Source of the DNA: Auanema rhodensis
Taxonomy: Eukaryota > Animalia > Nematoda
Length of the DNA: 64,000 nt
Direction: 5' to 3'
NCBI GenBank assembly: GCA_964057225.1
Contig: OZ059896.1
Location: forward strand, 7,006,001 to 7,070,000
Below are positions 1-13,846 of this stretch, in pieces. The position numbers were made by a program, and so were the translations under genes. The notes under the pieces are model-generated. The model searched no databases, was not told the DNA's origin, and saw only the letters and a list, made by a program, of their open reading frames with translations. The first letter of the stretch is position 1; each line of letters opens with the position of its first letter.

Positions 1-134
1 TAATCGCTCAGCACGATTGTTTTAGGTTCCATAATTAATGAAGCATTGAGTTCTTGAATTCACGGACAATATACTCGTTAAAGGTTTATTTTTTAATTTA
101 AAACAAGTATAAATACATATCTTAAGCTTTCAAA

Positions 135-2970
135 ATGAGGTTTTTACTGACTCTGTTGGTCTTGTCCTCATTTGTCTCTGCTGATGAACATGATCACATG
201 TACGAAAATGACGAAGAAGTGGTATTATGGATGAATACTGTTTGTTTTTATCTGTTTTGTTTATTATCCTGGTAATTTGTTTAGGTTGGTCCTTATAGTA
301 ATAGACAAGAAACTTACACATATTTTTCTTTACCCTTCTGTCGTGGTCCTAAAACTTCAATTGGGCATTATCATGAAACCATGGGAGAATCATTGTTAGG
401 AGTTGAACTAGATTTCTCTGGTCTGGATATTAAATTCAGAAGTATCTTTAAGGAAAAAAATGTAGTTAATTAACACATTATATTACAGCCAGCCAAAAGA
501 AGACAATTTATTGCACATATAAACTTACCTTGGAGGATTATAAAACTTTTGTTTATGCCATTAAAAACAGCTATTACTATCAAATGTATTTAGATGATAT
601 GCCAATCTGGGGTTTGTTTTTTTGCCTTGAATGCACTATATAGTTTAATGATTTAGGCATGATCGGAGAGGTAGATAATTCTGTCAAGCCTCCTGCTTAC
701 AAACTTTATACTCATAAAAAACTCGATGTTGGATTTAATCAGAAGCAAGTAGTCGATGTTAATCTCACCTCTGATGGTCGTGTTGAAATTCATCCTGATG
801 TTGAGCTAGAGTTCAGTTATGAGGTTTGCTTCATTATTGAATATTCCCATTTGAATATAAACTTCTAGGTTACTTGGAAATCGAGTTCTATTCAGTTTGC
901 TGACCGTTTTGACAAATATTTGGATCCCAGCTTTTTCCAACACAGAGTAAGTTATATTTGTATTATGCTTTGTTAATTTCTTTTTTGTAGATTCATTGGT
1001 TCTCCATTTTTAATAGTTTCATGATGGTAGTTTTCCTCGTTGGTCTTGTATGGATGATTCTAGTTCGCACATTGAGAAAGGATTATGCTCGTTATCAAAG
1101 AGAGGACAGCCTGGAAGAACTAGTTTGTGTACCGGTAGTAGTTATTTTAGTATGATTTTTTGTAGGATGCCGATCTCGGAGATGAGTATGGTTGGAAACA
1201 AGTACATGGAGATGTGTTCCGTGCTCCTTCTATGCCTTTGCTTTTCGCTTCATGCATTGGGGCTGGATATCATGTTTTTACAGTATCATCCATTACAGTT
1301 TTACTTGCCATTGTTGGAGAATTCTACACAGAGTGAGAACTATATTCATTTTCTAAAAACATAATTTTGTAGACGTGGCTCCCTTCTCTCAGCCGCTATA
1401 TTTGTTTATGCGGCTAGTTCCCCTGTGAATGGTTATGCTGGAGGCTCTATGTATGCTCGTTTTGGGGGAAGACATTGGATTCGCCAGATGTTACTAGGAG
1501 CCTTCTTACTTCCAAGTCTTGTAAGTGACAAATAGTCTTTAAATTGATTAACATCTAATTTATAGGTATGTGGAGTTGCCTTTTTAATTAACTTTATTGC
1601 TATTTATTATCACGCTTCACGCGCTATTCCATTCACGACTATGGTCTGTTTATCTTGTTCCAAAACCTTATAAATGTTTAATTTATTCAGTTGGCCGTCA
1701 CGGCAATTTGTTTATTCGTAATTCTGCCATTAACTCTTGTCGGAACTGTCCTGGGAAGAAATATGTCCGGACAAGGAGATTATCCCTGCCGGTATATCAG
1801 TTATACGTGGATAAAATTGAATTATTTTTTTAGTGTAAACGCAGTTCCTCGTCCAATTCCTGACAAAAAATGGTTTGTTCAACCATGGCTTATCACTTTA
1901 ATGGGAGGAGTTTTACCATTTGGTAGTATTTTCATCGAAATGTAAGATTATAATTACATTATAATTTATTCATTATGTAAAAAATTAAACTTGCAGGTAC
2001 TTCATTTTTACATCATTCTGGGCTTACAAAATATATTATGTATATGGTTTCATGCTTCTTGTTTTGGCAATTCTTACTATTGTAACCGTATGTGTAACTA
2101 TAGTTTGTTCCTACTTCCTTCTCAACGCTGAAGATTATAGATGGTTAGTTTATCTTTTAAGACACATGTTATCCCTTAAACTCTCGGTTTCCTATATTTT
2201 ATTCTTTGCGCGAAATAATCAGTGCGAGATTCGTTTTTTTCTGATGTTGACCAGTTACATACAAACGATATCTTAATGCTAATCGTGTTTCGAATTATCT
2301 TTAATCTTAACCAGGCCTCTGATATCTCTTTGAAGAATAAGAAATAGATCTTTATCTTAATGTGTGTTCGAGTGTAGGCACCTCAAAATTCTCATATCAG
2401 ATTAAATCAGAAGCCTCTAATATGTGATACGAACAGTGCCTAATTTTTAAATATTCCCTTTCAGGAGATGGACTAGTTTTGCTGCTGGAGCTTCGACAGC
2501 CCTCTACGTTTATCTCTATTCCGTTTACTACTTCTTTTTCAAAACGAAGTGAGTTTTCTCTTTAACACTTGCCGAATTTAATTGTTTCCCTGGGTCATTA
2601 TGTTAATTTTCCGCAAAGTTGTTTCTTTGTTTTGCGGTGTCGTTACTGAGCAAGTTCATCTGATATGCTCTTTATCGATACACTTGATCATTATCATGTT
2701 TCGCCTTCCCGTCAAGGTCGATATTCTTAACCCGCCAATCATTATGAACAGAATCGAAAAAACTTTCATGATTTCAAAAAGAAACGAAACTATATCGTTG
2801 TAATGCGCTAAATAATTTATTTCAGAATGTTCGGTCTCTTCCAAACAGTTTTCTATTTCGGATACATGGGCTTATTCTCAGCTGCACTTGGATTGATGAC
2901 CGGCACTCTTGGATATGTTGGTACCGCTAAGTTCGTACGCAAGATCTATTCGACTGTAAAGATTGATTAA
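135..2970 (+). CDS. TM9SF3: Transmembrane 9 superfamily member 3 (TM9SF3/EMP70 family), multi-exon, complete
   Basis: ATG at 135 gives signal peptide [30 protein letters not shown]. Spliced exons read [63 protein letters not shown] and NAEDYRWRWTSF, ending [12 protein letters not shown] (TAA 2968-2970, KxD Golgi-retention tail). All introns GT-AG. Confidence 0.95.
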
Positions 2971-3847
2971 AATCTTTGGGCTTCCTAATATGACTGGTAT
3001 GCATCGGTATTGTAGCCGTTATTTTAATTCCTTCACTCTTGTAAGGAAGTCGTGTGATATCTTTAATTAGCCTAATTTATTTTTTACTGGTTTTACTTTT
3101 AATAATAAGATCTATTGTAAAACAATTTGTGATATCTATAAAGTTTATTGGACGAAACATAACATCACATTGTCTTTAAGACGAGTGAAATGCAAAGTAG
3201 ATGATGAAAGAGATATGTTAAGGTAGTTTATAGGAATTTGATTGAGAAACAGGTGCACAATCATGACAAAGTGCTAAAAGCTGGATTAGAATTTATGGAA
3301 TTATTATGCCAATGGTACAATCTCAGTTATTATGCGCGAGTTAGAGAAGCTCTAATATAAACTCGTCAGAGGCATTATCTAGGATAGTGCAATGATATAT
3401 CAATAATACTTGAACACAAATTAGAGATAATTCTGATATAAATGAATAAAGAGATACGTAGTAAAGTGAAGGGATTGCAGTTTCCCGGGGCAAACATTAG
3501 ACAACAAAAATTAATTTGAAAATAGTTTAAAACGTAAAAAAAAGATAAAACAACGTACACAAGTAAAGCTCGAGAACACACGGGCCGGCCGAAGGCAAAG
3601 GAGACCCTCGATAGAGGATATAAGGAGGCAAAGCAGGCAACTGAGTAGTTATAATTAGGCGAATATCACCCAGAGTAACAAAGCTTTGTATTAGTAGTAC
3701 TAGTTGTAGTAGACTCATCAGTTGGAAGGCAAGTAGAATTAGTAGTAGTAGTAATTAATTTCTGGTATTATTGATAATATTAAATTGTAACAGCCTTAAG
3801 ACTTCTGCAAATAGCTATCCACTCCTGTTTTATGATACGAAATATTA

Positions 3848-4508
3848 TTATACAGGTGCTGTTGCATTCAATTGTTCTTGGACGGCATTCATTTGATTGA
3901 ATTGCTCAAGAAAATTGAATGCCTGGTTTGGCATTCCACTCATGCTAAGCAGTTGGTTGAAAACCGCGGTCTGAGTGTTGGCCTGGAAAAGAAAAAAATC
4001 AGAAGAATAAAAAAAATAAAACGAGAACAGATGTAATCGTTATGAAAGTACAAAACATACCTCTTCCTCCTTTGTTTTCCGGCGGAAACGTTGTTGAATA
4101 AAATCTTTTCTCATGTGTACGGGTCTGTGTGTCTGAAATTAAATGAATCAGTCCCTGTCAGAAAAGAAAATTGTTTGATAGAATCTTTGGGGGGGTAATC
4201 ATGTCGGTAAAAATTATCCCATCTTAATGTCTGTCGAAGTTCATATTTGACTGACACCGTTATAGACACTTCGTGCCAGGTCCCTGATTTCGCTTTATTG
4301 AGGGTGAGTGTTACCATATAGACGTACATACATAGAATCTGAGATGTATGATGGAGATTGAAAAGACAACGAACAGGCCAATTACTGGTCGGAGGGAGCT
4401 AGACTCCATCACTCCGTCTCTCTTATTTCATCGTTCGCTTTATGTCCCTATCTTTTGAAAGCTATCGGACACAGTCAGCAAGTCATATTCTTTCTTTTCC
4501 TCACACAC

Positions 4509-4547
<39 letters not shown>

Positions 4548-6925
4548 ACTGACGCGGACACCTCATTCTAACCACCTGGACCAATCTTCTACCTTCTACC
4601 TTAAGAGGCTACCCCTTTCCTGTGTCTGAGGAGCGTGAAGGACAGCGGGGTATTGTCAGCAATCATCAGACCTATATAGAGATAGCGAGTAAGGAGAGAA
4701 AAGGATCTGTCTGTCGGTTACCATCAGGAAACCAGCAGCTGATACTTTCTTTGGCTCAAGGACTCCTTTTGTCTGAACCTATTCCGAATTGTATGCTCTT
4801 TCAGAACACTTCGAAAGAGTGTCGTCCCTCACCCGGTCATTAGATCATATTCTTTCCGAACATATAATTGATATAATGAACTTTCTTAGATAACTACCGA
4901 CCTTATAACTACGAGGACCAAAGAGAAAACACAGAATACATGAATATATGCTGTGATCTTCGTATATGAATAGTATGAAAGAATCATAGTAAACGTACTC
5001 TGTGAAGTCGGTAATATAGTCCACAAGCGTTGCAGACCAACTTGCCAGTGAGGTCACGACGCCAAGCTGTTGTCTTAGTTGTCATGCAATTACTGCATCG
5101 AGATACAGAAGCATTATTATCCTCCTCTTCGTACTTCTGAAAATACAATAATACATTTTTTCGTTTGAATTTCAATTCATATTCTGGTTAATCAAAAACA
5201 ACGTTTCCTTATACTCCCTTTTCAAACTTTGAAATATGGTTGTAGTTTTCGACGCTGTGATGTTCTCAGTGTTCAAATCGCTTCAGACAGAAAGTATAAG
5301 ATAGTACAAGGAAATGAGATGAAATTAGAGGAAAGTACCATTTATCATAGATTTTAACGGAACACGGGTGGAGTGATCCAAAGACATAGGACAAAGGATT
5401 TGCAAAAACGTGCAAGAGGTGTCGATTTCACCGCCTGAAGACATGGAGGCACAGCCGGGGACGCATACACATGAAAGGGACAAAGCTGGGAGAAAAAAAG
5501 ACCAAATACAACTAGCTAAAGAGGCAAAAAAGAAAGATGGAAACGATCGCAAACTGTGACAGTGATTAGATACGACAGCTAGGTGAGAGGATTGATGCGA
5601 TTCGATAGAACAGTATGGGAAAGAGGTCTCCCTCTTTCTCATCAAACTCGGATAATCTGCCAGCATAGTGCCAACCTATGTTAATATATCCAAAATATTG
5701 AATTCATATCTGCCGTGAGAACGAGAACACCTTTTATTTGAAAAACGCAGGATTATAAAATCCAATTTGAAGGTAAAGATTACCAACCTCTTTGAACTGT
5801 TGCTGTAATTGTTCCATAATACTTTGGGGATCTGGTTGTTCCTGCTTGCCATTAGCTGGAGTGACAGATTCCTGAGGAGTTGTACTTTGTTGTTGTTGTT
5901 GAGCCTGTGGCTGATTTGGTGTTGATGCTGGAGTTTGAGGCTGTTGAAGTGATTGTTGCATAATAAATTGAAGAAGCTGTTGTTGTTGAGCCATTTGGTC
6001 CAAAGTTCCAGTTCCTCCAAGAGCAGCTGGGAAATTGAACTCTGCAGGCATGGCTCCAACAGTTGAGACTGGAGTTGTGCTAGGAGCTGTGGAAATGGCA
6101 ACGCTAATAGGGGGTGATTCCTCCATCTATAATATTAATATTATAAGTTAACTTTCAGATATTTGAATTTTGAATAATTTGTTCAGAAAAACATACAGCT
6201 TTCTTTTCACTGGTTTCTATGAGTTTGTGAATAGCTTCCTTTGTTGGTTTACGCTTACGGCTTCCTTGAATGAGGGTAGGTGAGGCGCGACTGTCAACTG
6301 GCGATGGTATATCCTTAACAAAACACATCAGTGGTGAAAGCCAGTAAAAGATAGATAGATAGATAGATAGATGGATTAGATAGATAGGTAGGTAGGTAGA
6401 GGAAATAAGAGTGAGTATGAGGGATTATAATGGTACTAGACAGCAGAAAACTGGGACTGACAAAAAGGCCAATGTGACAGATAAAGAGGAAAATAGATAG
6501 ATAGATAGATAGATAGAAAGATAGATAGATGATGATGATGATCGTGGTTGAAAATCACTAACCTTTTCCTCACTACCACTTTCACTACGGCTGTATTGCT
6601 CGTTCATGTTATCTCTATTTTTATCGTTGATAAATCCTTCTAAGCGCATGAGCAGAATATCAAACTTGTCCATCATCATTTGAACATTCTGAAAAAAAAA
6701 ATTAATCACATCGATTAGTTTTATATAATATTATATAATAAATATTATTCTACTGGTGTGAGAATACATTAAAAACAAAAAAAATGAATATAAAAAACTG
6801 ACCTGTTTAATATCTGCGTGAAGCTTGACGCATCCCACACAGGGCCCTGAAGATGGAGTGGATGGCGACAACGGAGCTGGCAAAGCGCTACGAGCACATT
6901 GCTGTGGAGGAACCACCAAGGTCAT
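3848..6925 (-). CDS. egl-18: GATA zinc-finger transcription factor, EGL-18/ELT-6 orthologue (core exons 6803-6925, 6563-6688, 6197-6313, 5788-6126, 4999-5136, 4061-4132, 3848-3982)
   Basis: All core exons join in phase 0. Single GATA finger [52 protein letters not shown]. The N-terminal [19 protein letters not shown] coiled region, the RKRKP NLS and the C-terminal [21 protein letters not shown] all resemble C. elegans EGL-18/ELT-6 as I recall them. The true N-terminus is uncertain (see findings). Confidence 0.88.
4509..4547. repeat. (TCA)n microsatellite in egl-18 intron
   Basis: About 13 perfect TCA units. Confidence 0.95.
6349..6542. repeat. Two (GATA)n tetranucleotide arrays plus (GAT)n in egl-18 intron
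   Basis: AGATAGATAG... at ~6349-6387 and ~6492-6530, then GATGATGAT. Confidence 0.95.
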
Positions 6926-7431
6926 CCTCTATAAGTAATATGATTAGAAAACAATGTAATGATCAGAAAACGATTACAGAAAGGAAGACATACGAAAAGA
7001 TTGGTAAAAGTACGAGAAAACAATGACTAACCAACATATAAAAAAAACAAAAAACAATAAAATGAGAACAGTTGTAACTAAATAATCAGAAAAGTAGTTA
7101 TTTCCAATATGTAGTTAAGATTTGAACAAAACTAGAAGACGACTAAGCAATATACAAAGTTGGTGAACCATAACGAGACTTAGAACAGATCAAAATGATA
7201 CAAATTTGGTCCTAGTTAAGAAATAAAAATGAGGTCGATATGAGATCAGACTTTAAAAGATAAAGAAATCCGAGTTAACCAAAGCAAGATATATAGGTGA
7301 GGAAATTGAGAGAACTAGACAAAGAGGAATATAGAGACATGACGAAATGCGCGGTAGAATTGTTGACTATCAAAGAGGATCTGTCTACGTGGTGCTGATG
7401 CTGGTAGAGGAAGACAGGGGAAAAGGCTGAC

Positions 7432-7612
7432 CGGACGACGACGTCGTCGTGGTGGTAGTCGTTTTCGCCGTCGAAGACAGGGACAACCACGATGGTCGGC
7501 TGGTTGCCCCGTTTAGATGGAAATCAGCAGTAGTGCTCTGATCAGATTTTTCTGATGATGATAAAATCTTATCACCTTCATCTACGACTATCGAAATGCT
7601 TTGAATAAATGC
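7432..7612 (-). CDS. Candidate upstream exon of the egl-18-like gene (AFIQSISIVVDEGDKILSS...TTTTSSS)
   Basis: TTTGCAG acceptor at 7613, G|GTCAG donor at 7431, open Ser/Thr-rich frame. SISIV resembles the recalled EGL-18 N-terminus (MSISIM). The frame join to the next exon is unresolved. Confidence 0.45.
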
Positions 7613-10600
7613 CTGCAAACACACATGCATAGAGAGAGTAAGGCGACAATCACGTCGCGGCCAAAACTGGACTGTCATGATGATCATCATCACATAGATA
7701 CATAATGGGTGGGTATGTAGATGGGCTGAACAGCGATATGTACCATATACGGAAGGGAACAGAAAGAGACATGATAATAGATAGGTATGCATCTGAGGCA
7801 AAGGTAGGAGGAGACTAAGGAGGAGCGACTTCAGAAAACATGAGCATAATGAAGACGGCCTAGATGAGAGGTAGGAGGCATCGATAGAGAAAAAAGGGCG
7901 GGGCAAAGCGAATAAAAGAGTCAGACAACGGCAACTTGAAAATTGCTTGTCCTTTGACCTTGGTGAAGCTTTCAATGTCCGGCTTCTGGTGGTCTTTCAG
8001 GTAGATATACTACTTGCCGCCAATCCAATCACACATCAAAAGCAATTATGTTATTGGAACATAAGGTACCACAGGGCAAATTATCTACGTCCATCTGATT
8101 GATGACCTGAAGGTGAATGGTCCAAATTAAGAAACGATTATGCTGCTACCGGTGGTGGTGCTGCTGCTAGTGCAGAAACAGGTGGGATGCTGGGTGGGCC
8201 ATTGGTTCAAAAGGAAATCAGGACAATGGTTGCTATGAGTGTTGGCCCGGCCAACCGAACAACCTGCCGGCGAGCTAGCCAGCTTGTCAGCAATGTATTA
8301 GTTGCTAGAAGCAGAAAAGCACGACGTCGCCGACAACGGGAGCGAAGACTACTGACATGGGAGACTTCCAGAACGACGAATACTTGATGAAGGATAGCTA
8401 TTTCTATTCTTTGTACAAGACATTTTTGGCATCAAACAATAGGAAGTCACGTCATAATGATAGAACGAAGGTCCATCAGCAGGTAGATCATAATCAGGTA
8501 ACTCCTAATTATATCTGATAAAATATAATTATCAAACAACAAAATATAAAAAATAATAGCTCAAACAGGAGACACTCACACTCATACAGCTTGAAATCAT
8601 ATGATGAAGACAAGAGCGTAAGACATAGATAGCAAGATAGATAGATAGATGAAATGAGAGCAATGAAGGAAAAGGGGAAACGGGAGAGGGAAAACTGGAG
8701 GAAGACAGACAGATAGAGGGAGAGAGCTCCTAACACGGTCAGATGGAAGCAGATGATGCAGACCAAGCCGACCAGCAGGCCCTCAGTCAGTCAAACGGCA
8801 TCAGGAAGATGAGGCAAGAAGCCCAGAGACACCCGACTATCCAGCCATCGGTTAGCCGGATGCCCGGAATGAGATATATGGATATCAGAAGGCAAGAAAT
8901 AGATAGAATGTAAATAAGACCTCCAATATATACACAGACAGACAGACAACACGTCCACCACCAATGCTACAGCGTACCAAAAGACACAGAAGCAAGGTCA
9001 AAACAAAACGTATAACCCTCTCCACCCCGCATTCTATTCGCGCTCTATTCGATTCATTTTCAACCCTTGCATCCTCTTTTTCGCTCTCTTCATTTCTCCC
9101 TCTTAAACTCAGTTTCTCATTTCTGTATCGCTTTCCTCATCCACTTTCCAGCCTGATGCAGTAGCACTAGCAGTAACAGCACCAGCACACTACTACTTCA
9201 TACAAGCAAAATTTGGCCAGCGATGGTGTCCAGTTTTTACAGTTACGAAACAATTTCGATGTCTATCAATCACGGTATTATATCACGAACTTGAGAACAG
9301 TGTGCAAACATTGAGCTAGGCAAATAAAGCCGAACAGAGAGTTACTACTGTATCTAAAGTATGAGGTTGTCGGTGAAGTGATCATTGTCAAAGGTGGGTG
9401 GAGCCAATGACAAACACCACGGTAGTGCTGATAGCCAATAAGATTGGCACGATAAAATCAGAAATATGGTACAAGAAGAGATCCTAATAAAACGCATGTG
9501 AAATCAACTGTTCCAACGGATCGCGTACAAACTGAGTAATGTGCACGACTGGGCAAAGCCTTCTGGCGACTGGAAGCAGCAGAAAACAAACGCCAAATAT
9601 AGTCAAATAGAAAAATTATAATGAAGATAGAGTGACAGAAACAAACGATCATACTGCATTTTGAAACACAGCAGAAAGCCTATAGGACACACGTAAACAA
9701 GATATACTCGTATTGCTATGTCTTTGAGAACAACAAAACCAATTTGCAACTTCGATGATCAGGTTGGTTGAAAACTGATGAGCTCTTTAGGATCGGTGTG
9801 TGGTCGCTCAGTTCTATCTTTTCTATGGCGTAGTTCGGGCAGGCAGGCAGAAAACTGATGGTGCTATGTGGACGACGTCGACGACCGGAGGCTGTGCAGG
9901 CAATTAACAGAGCGGCCATATGGAGCACAGAAAGAAAAGCAGAGAGAAAGGATGACATGAAGAGATACAGAGATATCGAAAATGGGAGAGAGGGAGAAAG
10001 AAAAGGAGGGAAAAGACAAAAGACCGAGCGATCGATCGCGGCGCAGTGATAACGATGGATAAAACGACAGCATAAAGAAAAGATGGCGTCATCGAACTGA
10101 AATGACTCAGTCAGAGGGATTCGAGATGTTTTTAAAAATCTTAAACGCTTAGCAATCGGTATTGCGCTCACATGTTCGGATGGATAGATAGCGTTTGACT
10201 TGATTAGTTCATTACGACTAGTTGAGCACCATGTCACAGTTTCGTAAAGATGTTGCTGCATCCATCCTTCCATCCATCCACCCATCAGCAATCAGTGGAG
10301 GAGTTTCAGATTAGCAGGCAGAAACTGAGCATAGATAGAATAAGAGATGACAAAGCAAAAAGATAGAGAATATGGAGAGAAATAGAGTATTCAGACATAA
10401 ATTTGAAGCGACAAGCAGCATGACCAGATAGTTAGCTGATTGCTTCAGCAGCAAGCCTACTCTGCTACTGATGATGGTGACGCCAAAGAGGTCATGCATC
10501 AGACTGAAAGGAGATAAACGAAGATAGGCAGGCGTAGCAGAGGCAAGACATTATTGCGGGAAAGAATGCCAAAGACTCCTTCTTTATTAGGCATTCGAAA

Positions 10601-13600
10601 AGGTTTTGCATGATGTTTCAGAGAGAAAGCCAGAGATGAGAAGTTGACAACAGCTAAGAGGAATAAGTAAAAAGCATGTAATAAGAATAGAATAATGCTT
10701 TGGCCTGTTTGCTCATGGATGATTAGTTTGAGAGATAACGAACGAGCTGGCGGCATTATAAGGACAACACGATGAGGCGGAATAGCCTTGGCTCCAAACC
10801 ATTCATATGAGTTAACTGGCTTCATTACTAAATCAGAGAGATTTAGCCCACTTCAGCTGGTACCGCCAACAAACATCCGAAAACAATCACGACAATATAA
10901 GTCTCTCAGAATACAATGATGGTGATGATGATACAGAATAGGAATGAAAGATATGAGAAGTATGGCGAGAAGATGTGGAAAAGAAAATGAGGGAAAAGGA
11001 GGCGGTACGTTGACCAATAGCCCACACAGACACACAACTGCGACCACCTCCTTTTTCGGTGACACGATCTTGGTCTAACTAAGTGATCAGATTCGAGAAA
11101 CGACACTGAATAAGAAAAGGGAGGAACTGAAAAGAAGACGGTATAGAGAGAACAAGAGAAAGAGAAATAGAAAAAGGGCGGCACATATGAGGATAGGGGG
11201 AAGAGAGAGATCTTGCACACATAATACAAGACATTAAACAGGAAAGACTAAATGGAGACACAAGAAAAAGATAAGAAAAGTGTTGTTAATAGCACGGTGC
11301 TGTGAACGGCTCAGTTAGGTGTGAACATTGCCCAGAGATATTCTACACCCTTTGGTAATTTTAGAGGTACCAGTATAGGTCAAGTTCAAAGTATAACCTA
11401 AACGAGCAAGGATATGGAAAGTACAATGATAACGGATTCGAATGAACAAAAGAAAATGCATGAACAAGTCGCAAACACAAAAGAATGAAGAAAAGCCTAA
11501 ATCACACTCGTTGGTAATATGTTGTGGCTGGAGGATGTTTCAGAATGACCCGAGGTCCTATTCTCCGCCCACAAACTGATGTCACTAGTGATGTGCATTG
11601 AGCATGAGGTCAACCGAAAATGAGAGTAAAGCTACATAATAGGAGTCATGCTGATGAGAATCATCAACTGATTGACAAAGAACTGATGAGGATGAGCTGG
11701 ATTAGTTAGACGACATCAAGCAGAAAATAATGAAAAAGGTATTGATGATGATGGGTCAAGTTATGACAAGAGATTGTAAAGATACGACTTGACTATGATC
11801 AGCGAACAACATGGTACTAAGCGGATTGACATCTTCGCAATTTCTCACTCACTATCTACACATTTCTCGGTTATTTGGAGAGCATATCAGAAATAGAACT
11901 AGGTATATACATAGAAAGAATAAGAGAAAAGGATCGAAAAGGTCCTGTATCCTTCACACACATACTCTCACACGGCTCCGCCTTAACTGTAAGTAGTATG
12001 TTTTCGCTCGCACTCTCGCAATATCCTCTTAAATCAATTTCTCACTCTCCTTAACTGTTCTCTTTATCTTATGTTGTCACTTATTCTCGCTCCATCTCTT
12101 ATTCTTTAATATTCAACTTATACATATATATAAATATATATCTGATTCTTTTTCTCTCTCTTACTCTCTGCGTGCCAAACACAATGACATCGTGTAAACA
12201 TTTTATCAGGGTCGACGATGAATACACTTCCGCGACCACTCAGCAAACAGAAAGACATCGAGAGACCACCACCAGCCGGCTACCGAATGGCGCACACTTA
12301 CAAATACACACACACAACCAGCACACCACACACGCATATATACCTCCTTTTGTCTATTTCTCTACCGTTTGTACGGTCTTTTTCACTATAGCAGTGATGT
12401 CTTCTTGTACTCTTTCATTAAGTCATCTCTCAATATAGAATCTCTGTTACTCTCTTCATCATTGAATGTTCATCTACAGCTTATCACAGCTTCTTCGTTT
12501 ATCTACGACGAGAAGGTGTCACTCTTTCGAGAAAATAAGAAAGCGAAACATGTTGAAAGAGAAACAGAGAATATGAGCGAAACAGAAAAACCACTTAATG
12601 TCTTCGCACCTCTACCGTAGACTCAATGATTATTAAAATGACAAATCGAGAATACAAAAACCAGGTAGAGTTTGCAAAGCTAAAAAAGGACAAGTACCTT
12701 TCTATAATAATAATAAACTAAGATGTATATTGTTAACAGAGTAAAACTAAGAGAGAGAGAAAGGGTAAAACATAAGTTATGGAGTGATGCAGGTGTGCTC
12801 ACATATACGCCCTGTTGAATCACACGCCTCTACTAACTCACATATGAAGTTTGTAGTTCAAACTATAGATGACGCGAAAATAGATAATGAGAAAACTATT
12901 TAAAACATAGAAAAAAATAATGTTAAAGGAACGAGAAGACGATAAACAGACCAAGATTCAGATGATATCAGATCTAGAGCTGATTTGCGCGTGAGGTAAT
13001 CAGGAGTACCATACATAAACACGCCAGATCAAACGTAGATAGTTGAGAATGTTGTGGGGTGATATCTAAAACTAGAATGGTTTAAATTGGGGATATATAC
13101 AAAACAATCAGAAAAAAAGTGAGATAAAAGACTAAAGATGAGACGATAGACGGGGGTGAAGGGTGAATATAGGCAGAAAAGAGACGTAGTGACAAAGATA
13201 AAAAGCGATAAAGATGGAATGAATGAGCGAATAACGAAGACAGAGAGCATCAACGGGCACACAGAAGAGGGCAAGGCAACAACGTAAGAATAGAGGAGGA
13301 CGACGAGGAAAAAGATAATTGTGATCTTAGGCTAGATGACGGGCCAACCAACCAACTAATAAGCTACTGAGCTAATTTAGATGAAGACAATATGTCTGGA
13401 CGAATTATGAAAGCACATAAGACGGCATTTGTGATCAGTCACGACAGAGACATACCCAGAGAATGCCCTGCCAGACAAGGCAGAACAGTGTATGACAGCA
13501 CAAGCTGCTCACTTGGTCTTTTGTAGAACTTTCATAAGAACTTCAGGTATTTGACCATCGCGTATATGAAGCATCAAACTTGCAACTATTTGAACGGATA

Positions 13601-13834
13601 AACGGATAAGACAGAGGCCCGAGCACACACACGATCAATAGCGAGGTGTATATGAGGTCTGGGGTCCCGCTGTGATAACTGCCATCTATGGAACCCCTCA
13701 GTCCCAGGCTGCCCCCCACTCCTGTCCCTGACTCTCTCACTCCCTCTTTCACTCTCCTCTTCTCCCTTTTCCTCATACACACGCAGTCACACACAGCAGC
13801 AGTAGCAGCAGCCCCTTTAACAGCAATTATGTGG

Positions 13835-13846
13835 CTCTGCGTCTCT
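13835..13846 (+). promoter_or_regulatory. EOR-1/GAGA-type motif CTCTGCGTCTCT (AGAGACGCAGAG)
   Basis: Exact match to the GAGACGCAG motif known from C. elegans enhancers and promoters, inside a CT-rich island. Confidence 0.5.

Noticed and set aside
3050-3136. Two TGTGATA (K-box-like) words near the TM9SF3 3' end
   Set aside because: Incomplete CTGTGAT seed match, expected by chance.
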